A stretch of DNA of 24,000 nucleotides from Methanoculleus sp. UBA430 (GTDB lineage: Archaea > Halobacteriota > Methanomicrobia > Methanomicrobiales > Methanoculleaceae): assembly GCF_002506585.1 (NCBI RefSeq), contig NZ_DAXW01000016.1:70385-94384 (forward strand), in the 5' to 3' direction. The position numbers and the translations under genes are program-made. This document shows positions 1 to 7,876 of this stretch, piece by piece. The first letter of the stretch is position 1. Each line of letters begins with the position of its first letter. The notes below the pieces were generated by a model. That model did not search any database, had not been told where the DNA came from, and saw only the letters and a list, made by a program, of their open reading frames with translations.

Positions 1-1
1 G

Positions 2-1150
2 AACCCCAGCCTCGACCCGCTCCGCGAGCCGATAGAACTGGTGACCCATCTCGGCAAGAAGCCGGCGAGGCTCGACCTCCGGCGGCGGGAGAACGGCGAC
101 GTCGAACTCCGGACCCGGCTCACCCCGAACCTTCGCCTCGAGACCCCGATCATGATCGGGCACATGAGTTACGGGGCGATCAGCCTCAACGCCCAGGTGG
201 CCATGGCCCGGGCGGCAAAAGAGGCAGGGACGTTCATGGGGACCGGGGAAGGCGGCCTGCATTCGGCGATCTACCCCTACCAGGACCGGATGATCGTCCA
301 GGTTGCTTCCGGGCGGTTCGGCGTGAACATCGATTACCTGGAGCGCGGGGCCGCGATCGAGATCAAGATCGGCCAGGGCGCAAAGCCCGGCATCGGCGGG
401 CACCTCCCCGGCGAGAAGGTCTGCGAGGGGATCTCCCGGACGAGGATGATCCCGGAGGGGAGCGATGCGATCAGCCCCGCGCCGCACCACGACATCTACA
501 GCATTGAGGATCTCGCCCAGCTCGTCCGGGGCCTCAAGGAGGCGACGGAGTGGAAGAAACCGGTCTTCGTGAAGATCGCCGCCGTCCACAACGCGGCCGC
601 GATCGCCGCCGGGATTGCGCGGTCTCCTGCGGATGCGGTCGTCATCGACGGGTTCCGGGGCGGGACGGGCGCGGCGCCGAAGGTCTTCCGCGACCACGTG
701 GGGATCCCGGTCGAGGCGGCGGTCGCGAGCGTGGACCAGAAGCTCCGCGACCAGGGGATCCGGAACGACATCTCGGTCATCGCGAGCGGCGGGATACGGG
801 GGAGCGCCGATGTTGCGAAGGCGATCGCCCTCGGCGCGGACGCGGTCTACATCGGCACCGCGGCGCTCGTCGCGATGGGCTGCCGGGTCTGCGGGAACTG
901 CTACCGGGGCCTCTGCCCCTGGGGGATCGCCACCCAGCGCCCGGACCTCGTCGCGCGTCTGAATCCCGACGAGGCCTCGGGGCACGTCGCGAACCTGATC
1001 CACGCCTGGACGCTCGAACTCTCCGAACTGCTGGGTGCGGCCGGGATCAACAGCATCGAGAGCATGCGGGGCAACCGCGACCGGCTCAGGGGCTACATGC
1101 TCGACGAGGGCCTGCTGCAGGTCCTCGACGTCAAAACAGTGGGGGCGTAA
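2..1150 (+). CDS. Glutamate synthase-related FMN-binding protein (GltB domain-2 type, stand-alone archaeal form); the 5' end lies outside the window
   Basis: The frame is open from base 2 with no stop before the GTG at 41, so the listed 369-aa ORF is a C-terminal fragment. It carries GltB FMN-domain blocks: 'IEIKIGQGAKPGIGGHLPGEKV', 'ISPAPHHDIYSIEDL', 'DGFRGGTGAAP' and 'ASGGIRGSADVAKAIALGADAVYIGTAAL'. It also has the Cys cluster 'CRVCGNCYRGLCPWGIATQ'. Confidence 0.85.
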   Translation, partial: NPSLDPLREPIELVTHLGKKPARLDLRRRENGDVELRTRLTPNLRLETPIMIGHMSYGAISLNAQVAMARAAKEAGTFMGTGEGGLHSAIYPYQDRMIVQVASGRFGVNIDYLERGAAIEIKIGQGAKPGIGGHLPGEKVCEGISRTRMIPEGSDAISPAPHHDIYSIEDLAQLVRGLKEATEWKKPVFVKIAAVHNAAAIAAGIARSPADAVVIDGFRGGTGAAPKVFRDHVGIPVEAAVASVDQKLRDQGIRNDISVIASGGIRGSADVAKAIALGADAVYIGTAALVAMGCRVCGNCYRGLCPWGIATQRPDLVARLNPDEASGHVANLIHAWTLELSELLGAAGINSIESMRGNRDRLRGYMLDEGLLQVLDVKTVGA

Positions 1151-1162
1151 AGCCGCCCCCTC

Positions 1163-2323
1163 TCACGACGTCGCGACGTCGACGCACTCTCTCCTCGTCC
1201 CGATCTGGGCGAGCGCGCCGCACATCCCCGGAACGTAGGCGAGGGCCTTGCCGGAGTCGACCATAATCGAACTGAACTCGTCCATCCGGGGCGAGACGAC
1301 CATGCAGGTGTCCGGGATGACCCGGGCGCCGCTCCTCTCGATCGCGGCGACGAGGTCGGGGTTTGTCGTCGCAACCCCGCGGGCCACGAAGATGTAGAAG
1401 GGTCTGGTCGTCGTCTTTCCTTTGAGGAGTTCCGCGAGCTCCCGGAGTTCGTCCGCCGAGCAGTGCGGGCAGCCGACTGCGACCGCCTCGACCTCTTTCA
1501 CCGCAAAGAGGACCTCGACCTCGTCCCCGCTCACCGTCACCCGGTCGAGGCCATCGGTCGGGAACGAGAACACCCGCGCTTCGGGGGTGATCTTCTCGAC
1601 GTGGAAGAGCGCGACCGCCCCCGTCGCCGCCATTGCGGCGCCGAGCGCTTTCAGGCTGTCGCGGCCGGGCCGGATACCCTCAAAGATCGGGATCCGGTTC
1701 CCCACCTTTTTGCCCGCGACATACCCGATCGCGCCCCAGTGATCGGCGTGAAGGCCCTCCCCGCCCTCGACCTCGACGACGACCTGGGGCTGCCGGTTCT
1801 CGACGATATGGAGGCCGTAATAGGGTGTCTTTCCGATGATCGCCGCTGCGAGCGCACTCGGCCCGCCTTCCCGGTTCGTCCGGGCGCCGAGGACCGAGTT
1901 TGCGTAGGCGACTGCCGAGGACTCCGACCAGGCCAGGTGCTCCCCGTACTCCGTGATCCTGAGGTAGTAGGGGGTGCAGGTGCACTCGAGTTTGATCCCG
2001 AGCCGCCGGTAGGCCTCGATGACCTCCGTCTGATGACCGGCGAATTCCTCGGCGATCCCGAACTCCTGCCACCCCTCCCGCGGCATGCCGATGGGGTTCA
2101 AGACCGTCGGGACCGCCACACGGGCATCGAGGCTCCGGAGCCAGGATAGTCCCCATCTGCCGATGGTCTTGTAGGACGCACCGCTCACCTGGGCGCTCGC
2201 GATCGGGACGAGTTTCTCGGCCCCGTAGACATTTCCGAGCGCGACCAGGATCTCCATCATCTTCTGGCGTGTCTCGCCGAACTCGCCGGCGAGCACCTTT
2301 TCATCATCGTTATCGAGATACAT
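1163..2323 (-). CDS. Aconitase X (DUF521) large subunit; by context, the probable phosphomevalonate dehydratase large subunit of the archaeal mevalonate pathway
   Basis: The 386-aa ORF has AcnX-like blocks 'AQVSGASYKTIG', 'ECTCTPYY', 'SESSAVAYANSVLGARTNREGGPSALAAAIIGKTPYYGLH', 'GCPHCS' and 'DTCMV'. Its ATG at 2323 is 3 nt downstream of the UbiD-like stop (2327-2329), so the two are translationally coupled. Confidence 0.8.
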   Translation of the reverse strand: MYLDNDDEKVLAGEFGETRQKMMEILVALGNVYGAEKLVPIASAQVSGASYKTIGRWGLSWLRSLDARVAVPTVLNPIGMPREGWQEFGIAEEFAGHQTEVIEAYRRLGIKLECTCTPYYLRITEYGEHLAWSESSAVAYANSVLGARTNREGGPSALAAAIIGKTPYYGLHIVENRQPQVVVEVEGGEGLHADHWGAIGYVAGKKVGNRIPIFEGIRPGRDSLKALGAAMAATGAVALFHVEKITPEARVFSFPTDGLDRVTVSGDEVEVLFAVKEVEAVAVGCPHCSADELRELAELLKGKTTTRPFYIFVARGVATTNPDLVAAIERSGARVIPDTCMVVSPRMDEFSSIMVDSGKALAYVPGMCGALAQIGTRRECVDVATS

Positions 2324-2326
2324 GGT

Positions 2327-3568
2327 CTACGGCCACTCCGCTCTCCTGAATTCGTCCTCTTTCCCCATAACCATCGTGGCGTCGACCCCGACCTTGACGT
2401 TCGTCCCGTCCCCGAGGCGGGTCGGGTCGAGCGACGAGCCCCGGACACCGGTGATGACCATGATGTCGGTATCGCCCCGGACCCGGGTCGCGATCGCGTA
2501 CTCGACGTCGTGGGGGTCGCGGATATCGATGTCCTCATCGACCACCACGATATGCTTTAAGGATGTGTGGGCGGCGAACGCCGCCATGATGGCGTTCTTC
2601 GCGTCGCCCTGGGTGTTCTTCCGGACCTGGACGACCGCGTGGAGGTAGCCCGCGCCGCCCTTCGTGAGGAGGACGTCTCTCACCGTCGTCACCTCGCCGA
2701 CGGCCCGGTAGATCTTCGGCTCGTAGGGGGCGCCCATCAGGAGTTTGTGCTCGTCGCCGGCGGGGAGGATGCCGTGGTAGATCGGGTCCTCCTTGCAGTA
2801 CATCTTCGTGAACTCGATGACGTGCTGCTGCCGGATGGGATCGTAGGTCCCCGTTATGTCGACGAACGGGCCTTCGGCCGCTTTCTCCGCGGTGATGTAG
2901 CCTTCGAGCACGATCTCGGCGTCGGGGACCCTGACGCCGTTCTCGCATTCGCGGACGGCGAGCTCCCCGCCCATCAGCTCCGCTGCGTAGGCGAGCTCCT
3001 TCCCCTCCGGGACGCGGGTGCAGGCCGCGAACGTCACGAGGGGATGGGTTCCGATCGTGACCGCGACGGGGAGCTTCTCGCCCCGGGCCAGGGCTGCTTT
3101 CAGCAGCGTATGGGTGTGCCTCCCCTCCACCAGGCGGGCGACGACTCGCCGGTCGTCGAGGACCATCATCCGGTGGATGGAAGCGTTCTCGACGCCGCCG
3201 TAGCGGGAGAAGACGATCCCGGCCGTGAGGTAGCGGCCGGCGTCCTCCGGGAAGTGCTTCAGGATCGGGAGGCGGGAGAGGTCGGCGGCAACGCCGCCCT
3301 CCAGTCGCCCCGCGTCCGTGACGCGGCCGTTGTAGGTCATGGCGGCCAGATGTGGCACCAGCTCCCGCTCGCCGACGCCGAGCGCCGCTGCAAGCGATCT
3401 CCGGTCGCCGAGGAGGTTCATCACCGCCCGGTGCCCGTCGAGGTCGTGGAAGAAGAGGATCTTATCGGTCCGGCTCGCCATGCGGGGAGCCTCATACACG
3501 GTCGAGCAGGGGGTCTCGATCTCTTCGACCCTGCCCTGGTTTCGCATCAGTTTAATGAATTCGCGCAA
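2327..3568 (-). CDS. ubiD: UbiD-family (prFMN-dependent) decarboxylase; by context, probable trans-anhydromevalonate-5-phosphate decarboxylase
   Basis: The 413-aa ORF resembles the UbiD family throughout (N-terminal 'REFIKLMRNQGRVEEIE', 'ASIHRMMV', 'GGELAVRECENGVRVPDAEIVLEGYI', 'EGPFVDITGTYD'). The start is either TTG at 3568 (4 nt after the ubiX stop) or ATG at 3547. The TTG start keeps the conserved N-terminal helix. Confidence 0.85.
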   Translation of the reverse strand: MREFIKLMRNQGRVEEIETPCSTVYEAPRMASRTDKILFFHDLDGHRAVMNLLGDRRSLAAALGVGERELVPHLAAMTYNGRVTDAGRLEGGVAADLSRLPILKHFPEDAGRYLTAGIVFSRYGGVENASIHRMMVLDDRRVVARLVEGRHTHTLLKAALARGEKLPVAVTIGTHPLVTFAACTRVPEGKELAYAAELMGGELAVRECENGVRVPDAEIVLEGYITAEKAAEGPFVDITGTYDPIRQQHVIEFTKMYCKEDPIYHGILPAGDEHKLLMGAPYEPKIYRAVGEVTTVRDVLLTKGGAGYLHAVVQVRKNTQGDAKNAIMAAFAAHTSLKHIVVVDEDIDIRDPHDVEYAIATRVRGDTDIMVITGVRGSSLDPTRLGDGTNVKVGVDATMVMGKEDEFRRAEWP

Positions 3569-3571
3569 TTC

Positions 3572-4117
3572 TCATCCGCTCCATCGGGTGCCGAGGCTGT
3601 GCTCCACCTTCATGTGGTCGAGCACGCGGGCCACTACCATATCGACCAGGTCGTCGATGGTCTTCGGGTGCTGGTAGAAGGGGGGGCTTGCGACCATCAC
3701 GGTCGCGCCGGCCTCGTCGGCAGCAAGCATATTCTTTAAGTGGATCCGGGAGAGCGGCATCTCTCTGAGGAGGAGGAGGAGGGGCCGCCGCTCCTTGAGG
3801 CAGACGTCCGCCGCCCGGCCGATCAGGTTGTCGGCGAGGCCGTTACTGACGGCGGCAAGCGTCTTCATGCTGCAGGGGACGATCGCCATCCCGTCGTAAC
3901 GGAACGAGCCGCTCGCGATGTCGGCAGCGAGGTTGCTGTTCTCGGCGTATATGGCGTCGAATCCTCCGAGGTTTACATCCTCGATCCCGGCGATCTGCCG
4001 GGCGGTGTCGGAGATGACGATATGCACCGTTGCCTCTTCACAGAGCACCTCGAGCAGGCGGCGGGCGTAGATGACCCCGCTTGCCCCGGTGACCCCGACG
4101 ACGAACTCCTTTGTCAT
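3572..4117 (-). CDS. ubiX: Flavin prenyltransferase UbiX (prFMN synthase)
   Basis: The 181-aa ORF has the N-terminal 'VVGVTGASGVIYARRLLEVL', plus 'MAIVPCSMKTLAAVSNGLADNLIGRAADVCLKERRPLLLLLRE'. These are typical of UbiX/Pad1 flavoproteins. An 'aggag'-like RBS lies in the 14-nt gap after the upstream HD gene. Confidence 0.9.
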   Translation of the reverse strand: MTKEFVVGVTGASGVIYARRLLEVLCEEATVHIVISDTARQIAGIEDVNLGGFDAIYAENSNLAADIASGSFRYDGMAIVPCSMKTLAAVSNGLADNLIGRAADVCLKERRPLLLLLREMPLSRIHLKNMLAADEAGATVMVASPPFYQHPKTIDDLVDMVVARVLDHMKVEHSLGTRWSG

Positions 4118-4131
4118 GTGCTCCTCAACTG

Positions 4132-5340
4132 TTATGCAACTACGAGTTTATCCTGCTTTGTCGGTCGCTTCACCCGGAGGACCTCCATCGCCGCCTGCTC
4201 CACGGTGTTGCGGTGCTCCTGTGTCGTGTAGACGCCGAGCCGCCACTGCTGCCGCCGGGTGTCGTTCATGGTGTTGATGAGGGGCGAGACCTCCTCGAGG
4301 TCCAGCATCGTGTGGCTGTGCCGGACCCGGACCTCCATCGAGAGCGCCCGCGGGAGCGGGGGGATGTCGACGAGGACTTCATCTTCCGCGATTCCCGCGG
4401 TCTCGGCGATGGCCCGGGCGATCTCCCGCTCCCGTGCGGGGCCGGGGTCCTGCTGGAGGGCGGCGGCGTTCACCCGGTCTTCGCCGACGTAGAGCGCCCG
4501 TTTGTAGAGGTCCCTGGCGTAGACCCGGCGGGCAAGGTCGCGGGTGATGGGGTGCGGGGAGTGCTTCAGCCGCTCCATGCAGGCAGCGTCGTCCATCCGG
4601 GCGAACGCCTCCGCATCGGCGCCGGGGACGTTCAGGACCTCCTCGCGGAGGGCGTGGACGAACATGCTCGTCGCGATCCGGCTCACGTGATGGAAGTAGA
4701 CCGCCGGGCGCATCAGGGTCCGGGCGATGAGGAGCGACTCGGCGGCGTTGATCCCGCCCTCGTACAGCGCGACACCGGATGCGGTCAGGATCGTCGACCG
4801 GATCAGCCGGTGGGCGTCGACCGTCCCGTAGGGCACGCCGGTGTAGTGGGCGTCCCGCATCAGGTAGTCCATCCGGTCGACGTCGAGGCTCCCGTGGATG
4901 ATGCTCGCGAGCCGGTGTTCTCCGGAGACGACGGCGCAGACCTCGGCGGGGCTGATCCCCTCATCCTCGAGGACGGCGGCGATCGTTCCTTCCCCGACGA
5001 GGCAGTCGATCTGGTGGTGGCTCCGCCCGGTGAACTCCTCCATCACCGGCTCGGTGACGTGGGAGAAGGGGCCGTGGCCGATGTCGTGGAGGAGGGCGGC
5101 GGTGGTGACGAGTTTCGTCTCCCCGTCGTCAAGGCCGAGCTCCCGGCACATCAGGCCCGCGAGGTGCATCGTCCCGAGCGAGTGCTCGAACCGGGTATGG
5201 TTTGCGCCGGGGTAGACGAGGTTCGCGAAGCCGAGCTGGGAGACGTGGCGGAGCCGCTGCAGTTCCTCCGAGTCCAGCAGCCGGAGCGCCGTCGCATCAG
5301 CCTCGACGTAGCCGTGCACCGGATCCTTGATGATCTTCAT
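4132..5340 (-). CDS. HD-domain phosphohydrolase, SAMHD1/dNTP-triphosphohydrolase-like (COG1078 type)
   Basis: Blocks seen are 'KIIKDPVHGY', 'LQRLRHVSQLG', 'YPGANHTRFEHSLG', 'AALLHDIGHGPFSH' and 'LDVDRMDYLMRDAHYTGVPYG'. I place the start at the ATG at 5340 (MKIIKDP...). The 52 codons upstream in the 454-aa track ORF are Pro/Arg/His-rich and look non-coding. Confidence 0.85.
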   Translation of the reverse strand: MKIIKDPVHGYVEADATALRLLDSEELQRLRHVSQLGFANLVYPGANHTRFEHSLGTMHLAGLMCRELGLDDGETKLVTTAALLHDIGHGPFSHVTEPVMEEFTGRSHHQIDCLVGEGTIAAVLEDEGISPAEVCAVVSGEHRLASIIHGSLDVDRMDYLMRDAHYTGVPYGTVDAHRLIRSTILTASGVALYEGGINAAESLLIARTLMRPAVYFHHVSRIATSMFVHALREEVLNVPGADAEAFARMDDAACMERLKHSPHPITRDLARRVYARDLYKRALYVGEDRVNAAALQQDPGPAREREIARAIAETAGIAEDEVLVDIPPLPRALSMEVRVRHSHTMLDLEEVSPLINTMNDTRRQQWRLGVYTTQEHRNTVEQAAMEVLRVKRPTKQDKLVVA

Positions 5341-5579
5341 CCGTTCAATTAAGAATCTTCGGAGAGAAGTGATAAAGGTATTTGAGAGCGCGCGGGGTGG
5401 GAAATTGTGGCGTTCGTGCGGGTTCCCGGTTCTTCTATGGGGTCTGTGGTCCTCGTGCGGCGGGCTGGGACGTTCCGGCAGCGAAGGGCCGGGCATATCG
5501 ATTTTTGGGTGAATCTACGCGGACAGCTCGGGAAATGATCAAAAACGCCTGTGAGTTCGCTGACGATGCCGGGTATATA

Positions 5580-5810
5580 TCAGAATCCATAGATCTCAGC
5601 GAGGCTGCGCTCGCAGAAGCGCCTTGCCGGTTTGTATATCTGCTCGATACTTTTGAAGAAATCTATGTCCCACCCATGCTCGTTTTGTGCAATCCGCCCC
5701 TTGAAGACGCCTCCTGCGATTTCTTCCAATCCCTCTTCAATATAAACGGCAGCGGGCTGATCTTCCTTTATGCCGTGTTGCATTAACGTGCTTAGACGCT
5801 GGAACTCCAT
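5580..5810 (-). CDS. Hypothetical small protein (76 aa) in the low-GC island
   Basis: This ORF sits on the same strand as the ORF at 5825-6076, 14 nt downstream of it. In a sampled stretch (5641-5700), minus-frame codon position 1 is purine-rich (14/20) against 7/20 for the competing plus-strand ORF. I recognise no motif. Confidence 0.4.
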   Translation of the reverse strand: MEFQRLSTLMQHGIKEDQPAAVYIEEGLEEIAGGVFKGRIAQNEHGWDIDFFKSIEQIYKPARRFCERSLAEIYGF

Positions 5811-5824
5811 CGAGACCGACTGGA

Positions 5825-6076
5825 TCAGGTAATGCTCATCCTAGTATCCTTTATAGGTCCGTCTTCGGTCCCGGGATCCAGTCTGCCATAGTAATCTTCA
5901 GAGATCCTGGCGTTCAGGTAGCCGTATGCCCGCAGGTAATCTCTCAGTGCAAGAAGGTCCCTCTTCCGTGACTGCTGGAATGAGCCATATATTGCGATAT
6001 TGGTATTTTCCTTGAAATACCTGTATAGTTGAACCCGGCCTGCAATTTCGCTGGGTATCGGGTCTCTATGGCTCAT
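5825..6076 (-). CDS. Hypothetical small protein (83 aa) in the low-GC island
   Basis: The ATG is at 6076, with an AT-rich TATA-like 'cgttatgtat' (minus strand, about 6099-6108) some 25-30 nt upstream. The segment 'NIAIYGSFQQSRKRDLLALRDYLRAYGY' looks like a beta-strand/helix start of a Rossmann-like fold, but I cannot assign a family. Confidence 0.45.
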   Translation of the reverse strand: MSHRDPIPSEIAGRVQLYRYFKENTNIAIYGSFQQSRKRDLLALRDYLRAYGYLNARISEDYYGRLDPGTEDGPIKDTRMSIT

Positions 6077-6114
6077 TTGACAGGTTTTCGTCTGTGGGAT
6101 ACATAACGATTGAA

Positions 6115-6130
6115 GTTGCAGAAGTGCAAC
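6115..6130. promoter_or_regulatory. Perfect 6+4+6 palindrome GTTGCA-gaag-TGCAAC between two divergent promoters; candidate operator
   Basis: Read directly from the sequence. It lies between the TATA-like box of the minus-strand gene (about 6099-6108) and the TATA-like 'atataa' (6151-6156) of the wHTH gene. Confidence 0.3.
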
Positions 6131-6194
6131 TGATGATCCGGGAAAGATTGATATAAGTTACAATAATAGAACTATTCACTATGGAGGTGTCGGC

Positions 6195-6716
6195 ATGGAC
6201 CGGACAGTTGTAGAGGCTCACTTAAACCGGGTGCCCGTTGAGGTTCGTGAGTCCGTGATGGAACTCTCGTCGGATGCCAGATGGGCTGTATACATAGCGC
6301 TTGCACTCGGGGAGGAGATGTACTTCAACGAACTCAAGGATACCTTCGGGGCGAATCCTAGCGAGATGGACCGTATCCTGAAGTCTCTGGTTGACGGGGG
6401 CCTCATCGCGAAGAAGGTGAGGAGGCTGGAGGACGTCGGCGATCGGAGGAAGGTGTATTACACATCGACAGACTATGGAAAAAGGATGCTAAACGCCCTG
6501 TGCGGCGTGGTGCTTCCTCCCGAGAGCCTGGTCGGGCAGTATAAGCCCACTTCGAGCGATAGCGGAAAGTCCTGCACCCTGCATACGGGAGCGGTAAAAG
6601 GAAGCGGTGAGACCAATCCCGAGAACTGGCGATTCGACCGGACACCTGCCGGAAGGGACGCCTTCAATACGAAACCGACACTCACCGGCGCAAAGCAGGC
6701 AGAGACCAGGGTGTGA
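6195..6716 (+). CDS. Winged helix-turn-helix transcriptional regulator (ArsR/archaeal wHTH type) with a low-complexity C-terminal tail
   Basis: The wHTH pattern is 'ARWAVYIALALGEEMYFNELKDTFGANPSEMDRILKSLVDGGLIAKKVRRLEDVGDRRKVYYTSTDYGKRML' (helix-turn-helix plus a beta-hairpin wing). A strong SD 'ggaggtg' at 6183-6189 sits 5 nt before the ATG. TATA-like 'atataa' is at 6151-6156. Confidence 0.75.
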   Translation: MDRTVVEAHLNRVPVEVRESVMELSSDARWAVYIALALGEEMYFNELKDTFGANPSEMDRILKSLVDGGLIAKKVRRLEDVGDRRKVYYTSTDYGKRMLNALCGVVLPPESLVGQYKPTSSDSGKSCTLHTGAVKGSGETNPENWRFDRTPAGRDAFNTKPTLTGAKQAETRV

Positions 6717-6723
6717 GTTCAAC

Positions 6724-7020
6724 ATGGCTGCAGAAGACCCGGAGCAAGCGTTGAAACTTGAGATCGTGATGGACCCTGAGTTCAGGACGGTTCACATCGA
6801 CGGCGCTATCGTAACGCTAAACCCGAACTTCGGCCAGCTGGCACTGACCTACGATCAGCCTGAATTCAAAATCAGTCCGAACGGGGATATTTACACGGAT
6901 AAAATTCAAAAGAGGGTGATACTTGATGCACGGTTGTCGCCCGAGGCATTCAGGGCACTCGCCTGCACCATGATGGAGCATCTGCAGCAATACGACGAGT
7001 GGCTCAAGCAGCGGAAGTGA
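6724..7020 (+). CDS. Hypothetical 98-aa protein, co-transcribed with the wHTH gene (possibly DUF3467-like)
   Basis: The ATG at 6724 is 7 nt after the wHTH stop. The upstream part of the 137-aa track ORF overlaps the wHTH gene out of frame and is Arg/Pro-rich. The layout 'KLEIVMDPEF..VHIDGAIVTLNPNFGQLALTY...KRVILDARLSPEAFRALACTMMEHLQQYDEWL' reminds me of DUF3467 proteins. That comparison is from memory and was not searched. Confidence 0.55.
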   Translation: MAAEDPEQALKLEIVMDPEFRTVHIDGAIVTLNPNFGQLALTYDQPEFKISPNGDIYTDKIQKRVILDARLSPEAFRALACTMMEHLQQYDEWLKQRK

Positions 7021-7024
7021 ACTA

Positions 7025-7044
7025 CCCCGCCCTTCAGGGCGGGG
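7025..7044 (+). terminator. Perfect GC hairpin CCCCGCCC-ttca-GGGCGGGG followed by a T-rich 'cttcctgttt'
   Basis: Read directly, 5 nt after the stop at 7018-7020. It lies in the convergent gap towards the methyltransferase gene, so it could act in both directions. Confidence 0.45.
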
Positions 7045-7150
7045 CTTCCTGTTTCACCCTCCCTCTATTGAGGCAGGTCCTCAGGCTCTACGGCGCTGAT
7101 CCGTCACCTGCCAATACGCCGACAGGGTTCTCTCTCGTACAGCAAACAGG

Positions 7151-7876
7151 TTAGATCACTCTGGCAATCATTTGAATGAGATTATAGTAGTTTCCGTTTT
7201 CAGCCTTCCTCATCTTTATGTCTTCCTCGATCCCCTCCCAGTACGCGGTATGCCATTCATCCCACGCCTGGTTACAGCAGAGCATCTCGCGGATGTCAAG
7301 TATCTCAATGCCCTTTTCCCTGCTCCATAGCTCCTTCCACCAGTCAAGGGAGTGTATGGTCCTTGCCACCTCATCGTTCCAGAACGGCTTCATCTCGTCA
7401 GGGACATTCTCCCCGAACTCATACTTTATGCCGGGAATCGCCACGGCAATATAGCCGCCTTTCTTCACGAAAGGAATGAGCGACGGAAGCATCTCCTCCG
7501 TATCGCCGAAATGATGGTAAGCGTCCACGCTGAACAGCAGATCAAAGTATCTGTCTGCGAAAGGCAGCCCCTTAGTCGCGTCTACGGAGATCGGAACGGC
7601 CTTATCGTCAATCCCGAGAGATCGGAAACGCTCGTAGTTTTCAGTCGGCGAAATCCAGAGGTCGGCGGCGAAGACGGACGCGCCGTATTTTTTCACCAGA
7701 AACAGCGTGGATAGACCCTGCCCGCAGCCGAGGTCGAGGACTCGCATATTCTCATCGATCTTCAGGTGCGACGACAGTTCCTCTGACACCCGCATGGCGT
7801 TCGGCCCCATCATCGTGGCTTTCAGGAACTCGACATTTTCAGCGTTAGACATGAACCGGTCTGTAAATGGATACAT
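7151..7876 (-). CDS. Class I SAM-dependent methyltransferase (small-molecule type, Methyltransf_11/25-like)
   Basis: Motif I is 'VLDLGCGQGLSTLFL'; 'FDLLFSVDAYHHF' and 'VKKGGYIAVAIPG' follow. There is no (D/N)PP(Y/F) DNA-methylase motif. GC is markedly lower than in the flanks (sampled lines 35-52%). Confidence 0.8.
   Translation of the reverse strand: MYPFTDRFMSNAENVEFLKATMMGPNAMRVSEELSSHLKIDENMRVLDLGCGQGLSTLFLVKKYGASVFAADLWISPTENYERFRSLGIDDKAVPISVDATKGLPFADRYFDLLFSVDAYHHFGDTEEMLPSLIPFVKKGGYIAVAIPGIKYEFGENVPDEMKPFWNDEVARTIHSLDWWKELWSREKGIEILDIREMLCCNQAWDEWHTAYWEGIEEDIKMRKAENGNYYNLIQMIARVI

Noticed and set aside
3566-3574. ubiX and the UbiD-like gene lie in the same frame, separated only by TGA-GAA before a TTG start (possible read-through fusion)
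   Set aside because: A shared frame happens by chance one time in three. There is no selenocysteine or recoding signal, and separate UbiX and UbiD proteins are the norm. I note it only as a start-codon ambiguity.
2567-5352. Plus-strand ORFs of 390 aa (2567-3739), 163 aa (3740-4231) and 413 aa (4111-5352)
   Set aside because: They are antisense to the UbiD-like, UbiX and HD genes. Their composition is typical of high-GC shadows.
5382-5786. A 134-aa plus-strand ORF in the island (possible internal start MIKNACEF...)
   Set aside because: The first half is Gly/Arg-rich. The second half competes with the minus-strand 76-aa ORF, which has the more coding-like purine bias at codon position 1. The translation is Cys/Phe/Leu-heavy and does not look protein-like. 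The rejection is not absolute.
6130-6136. 'ctgatga' as a C-box of a C/D box sRNA
   Set aside because: There is no purine before UGAUGA, no downstream D box (CUGA) at a suitable distance, and no terminal stem.
7025-7044. The hairpin as a tRNA T-arm fragment or att site marking an integration junction
   Set aside because: The loop is 4 nt (ttca) rather than the 7-nt T-loop. There is no acceptor-stem continuation, and I found no matching repeat at the other island border. A terminator hairpin is the simpler reading.
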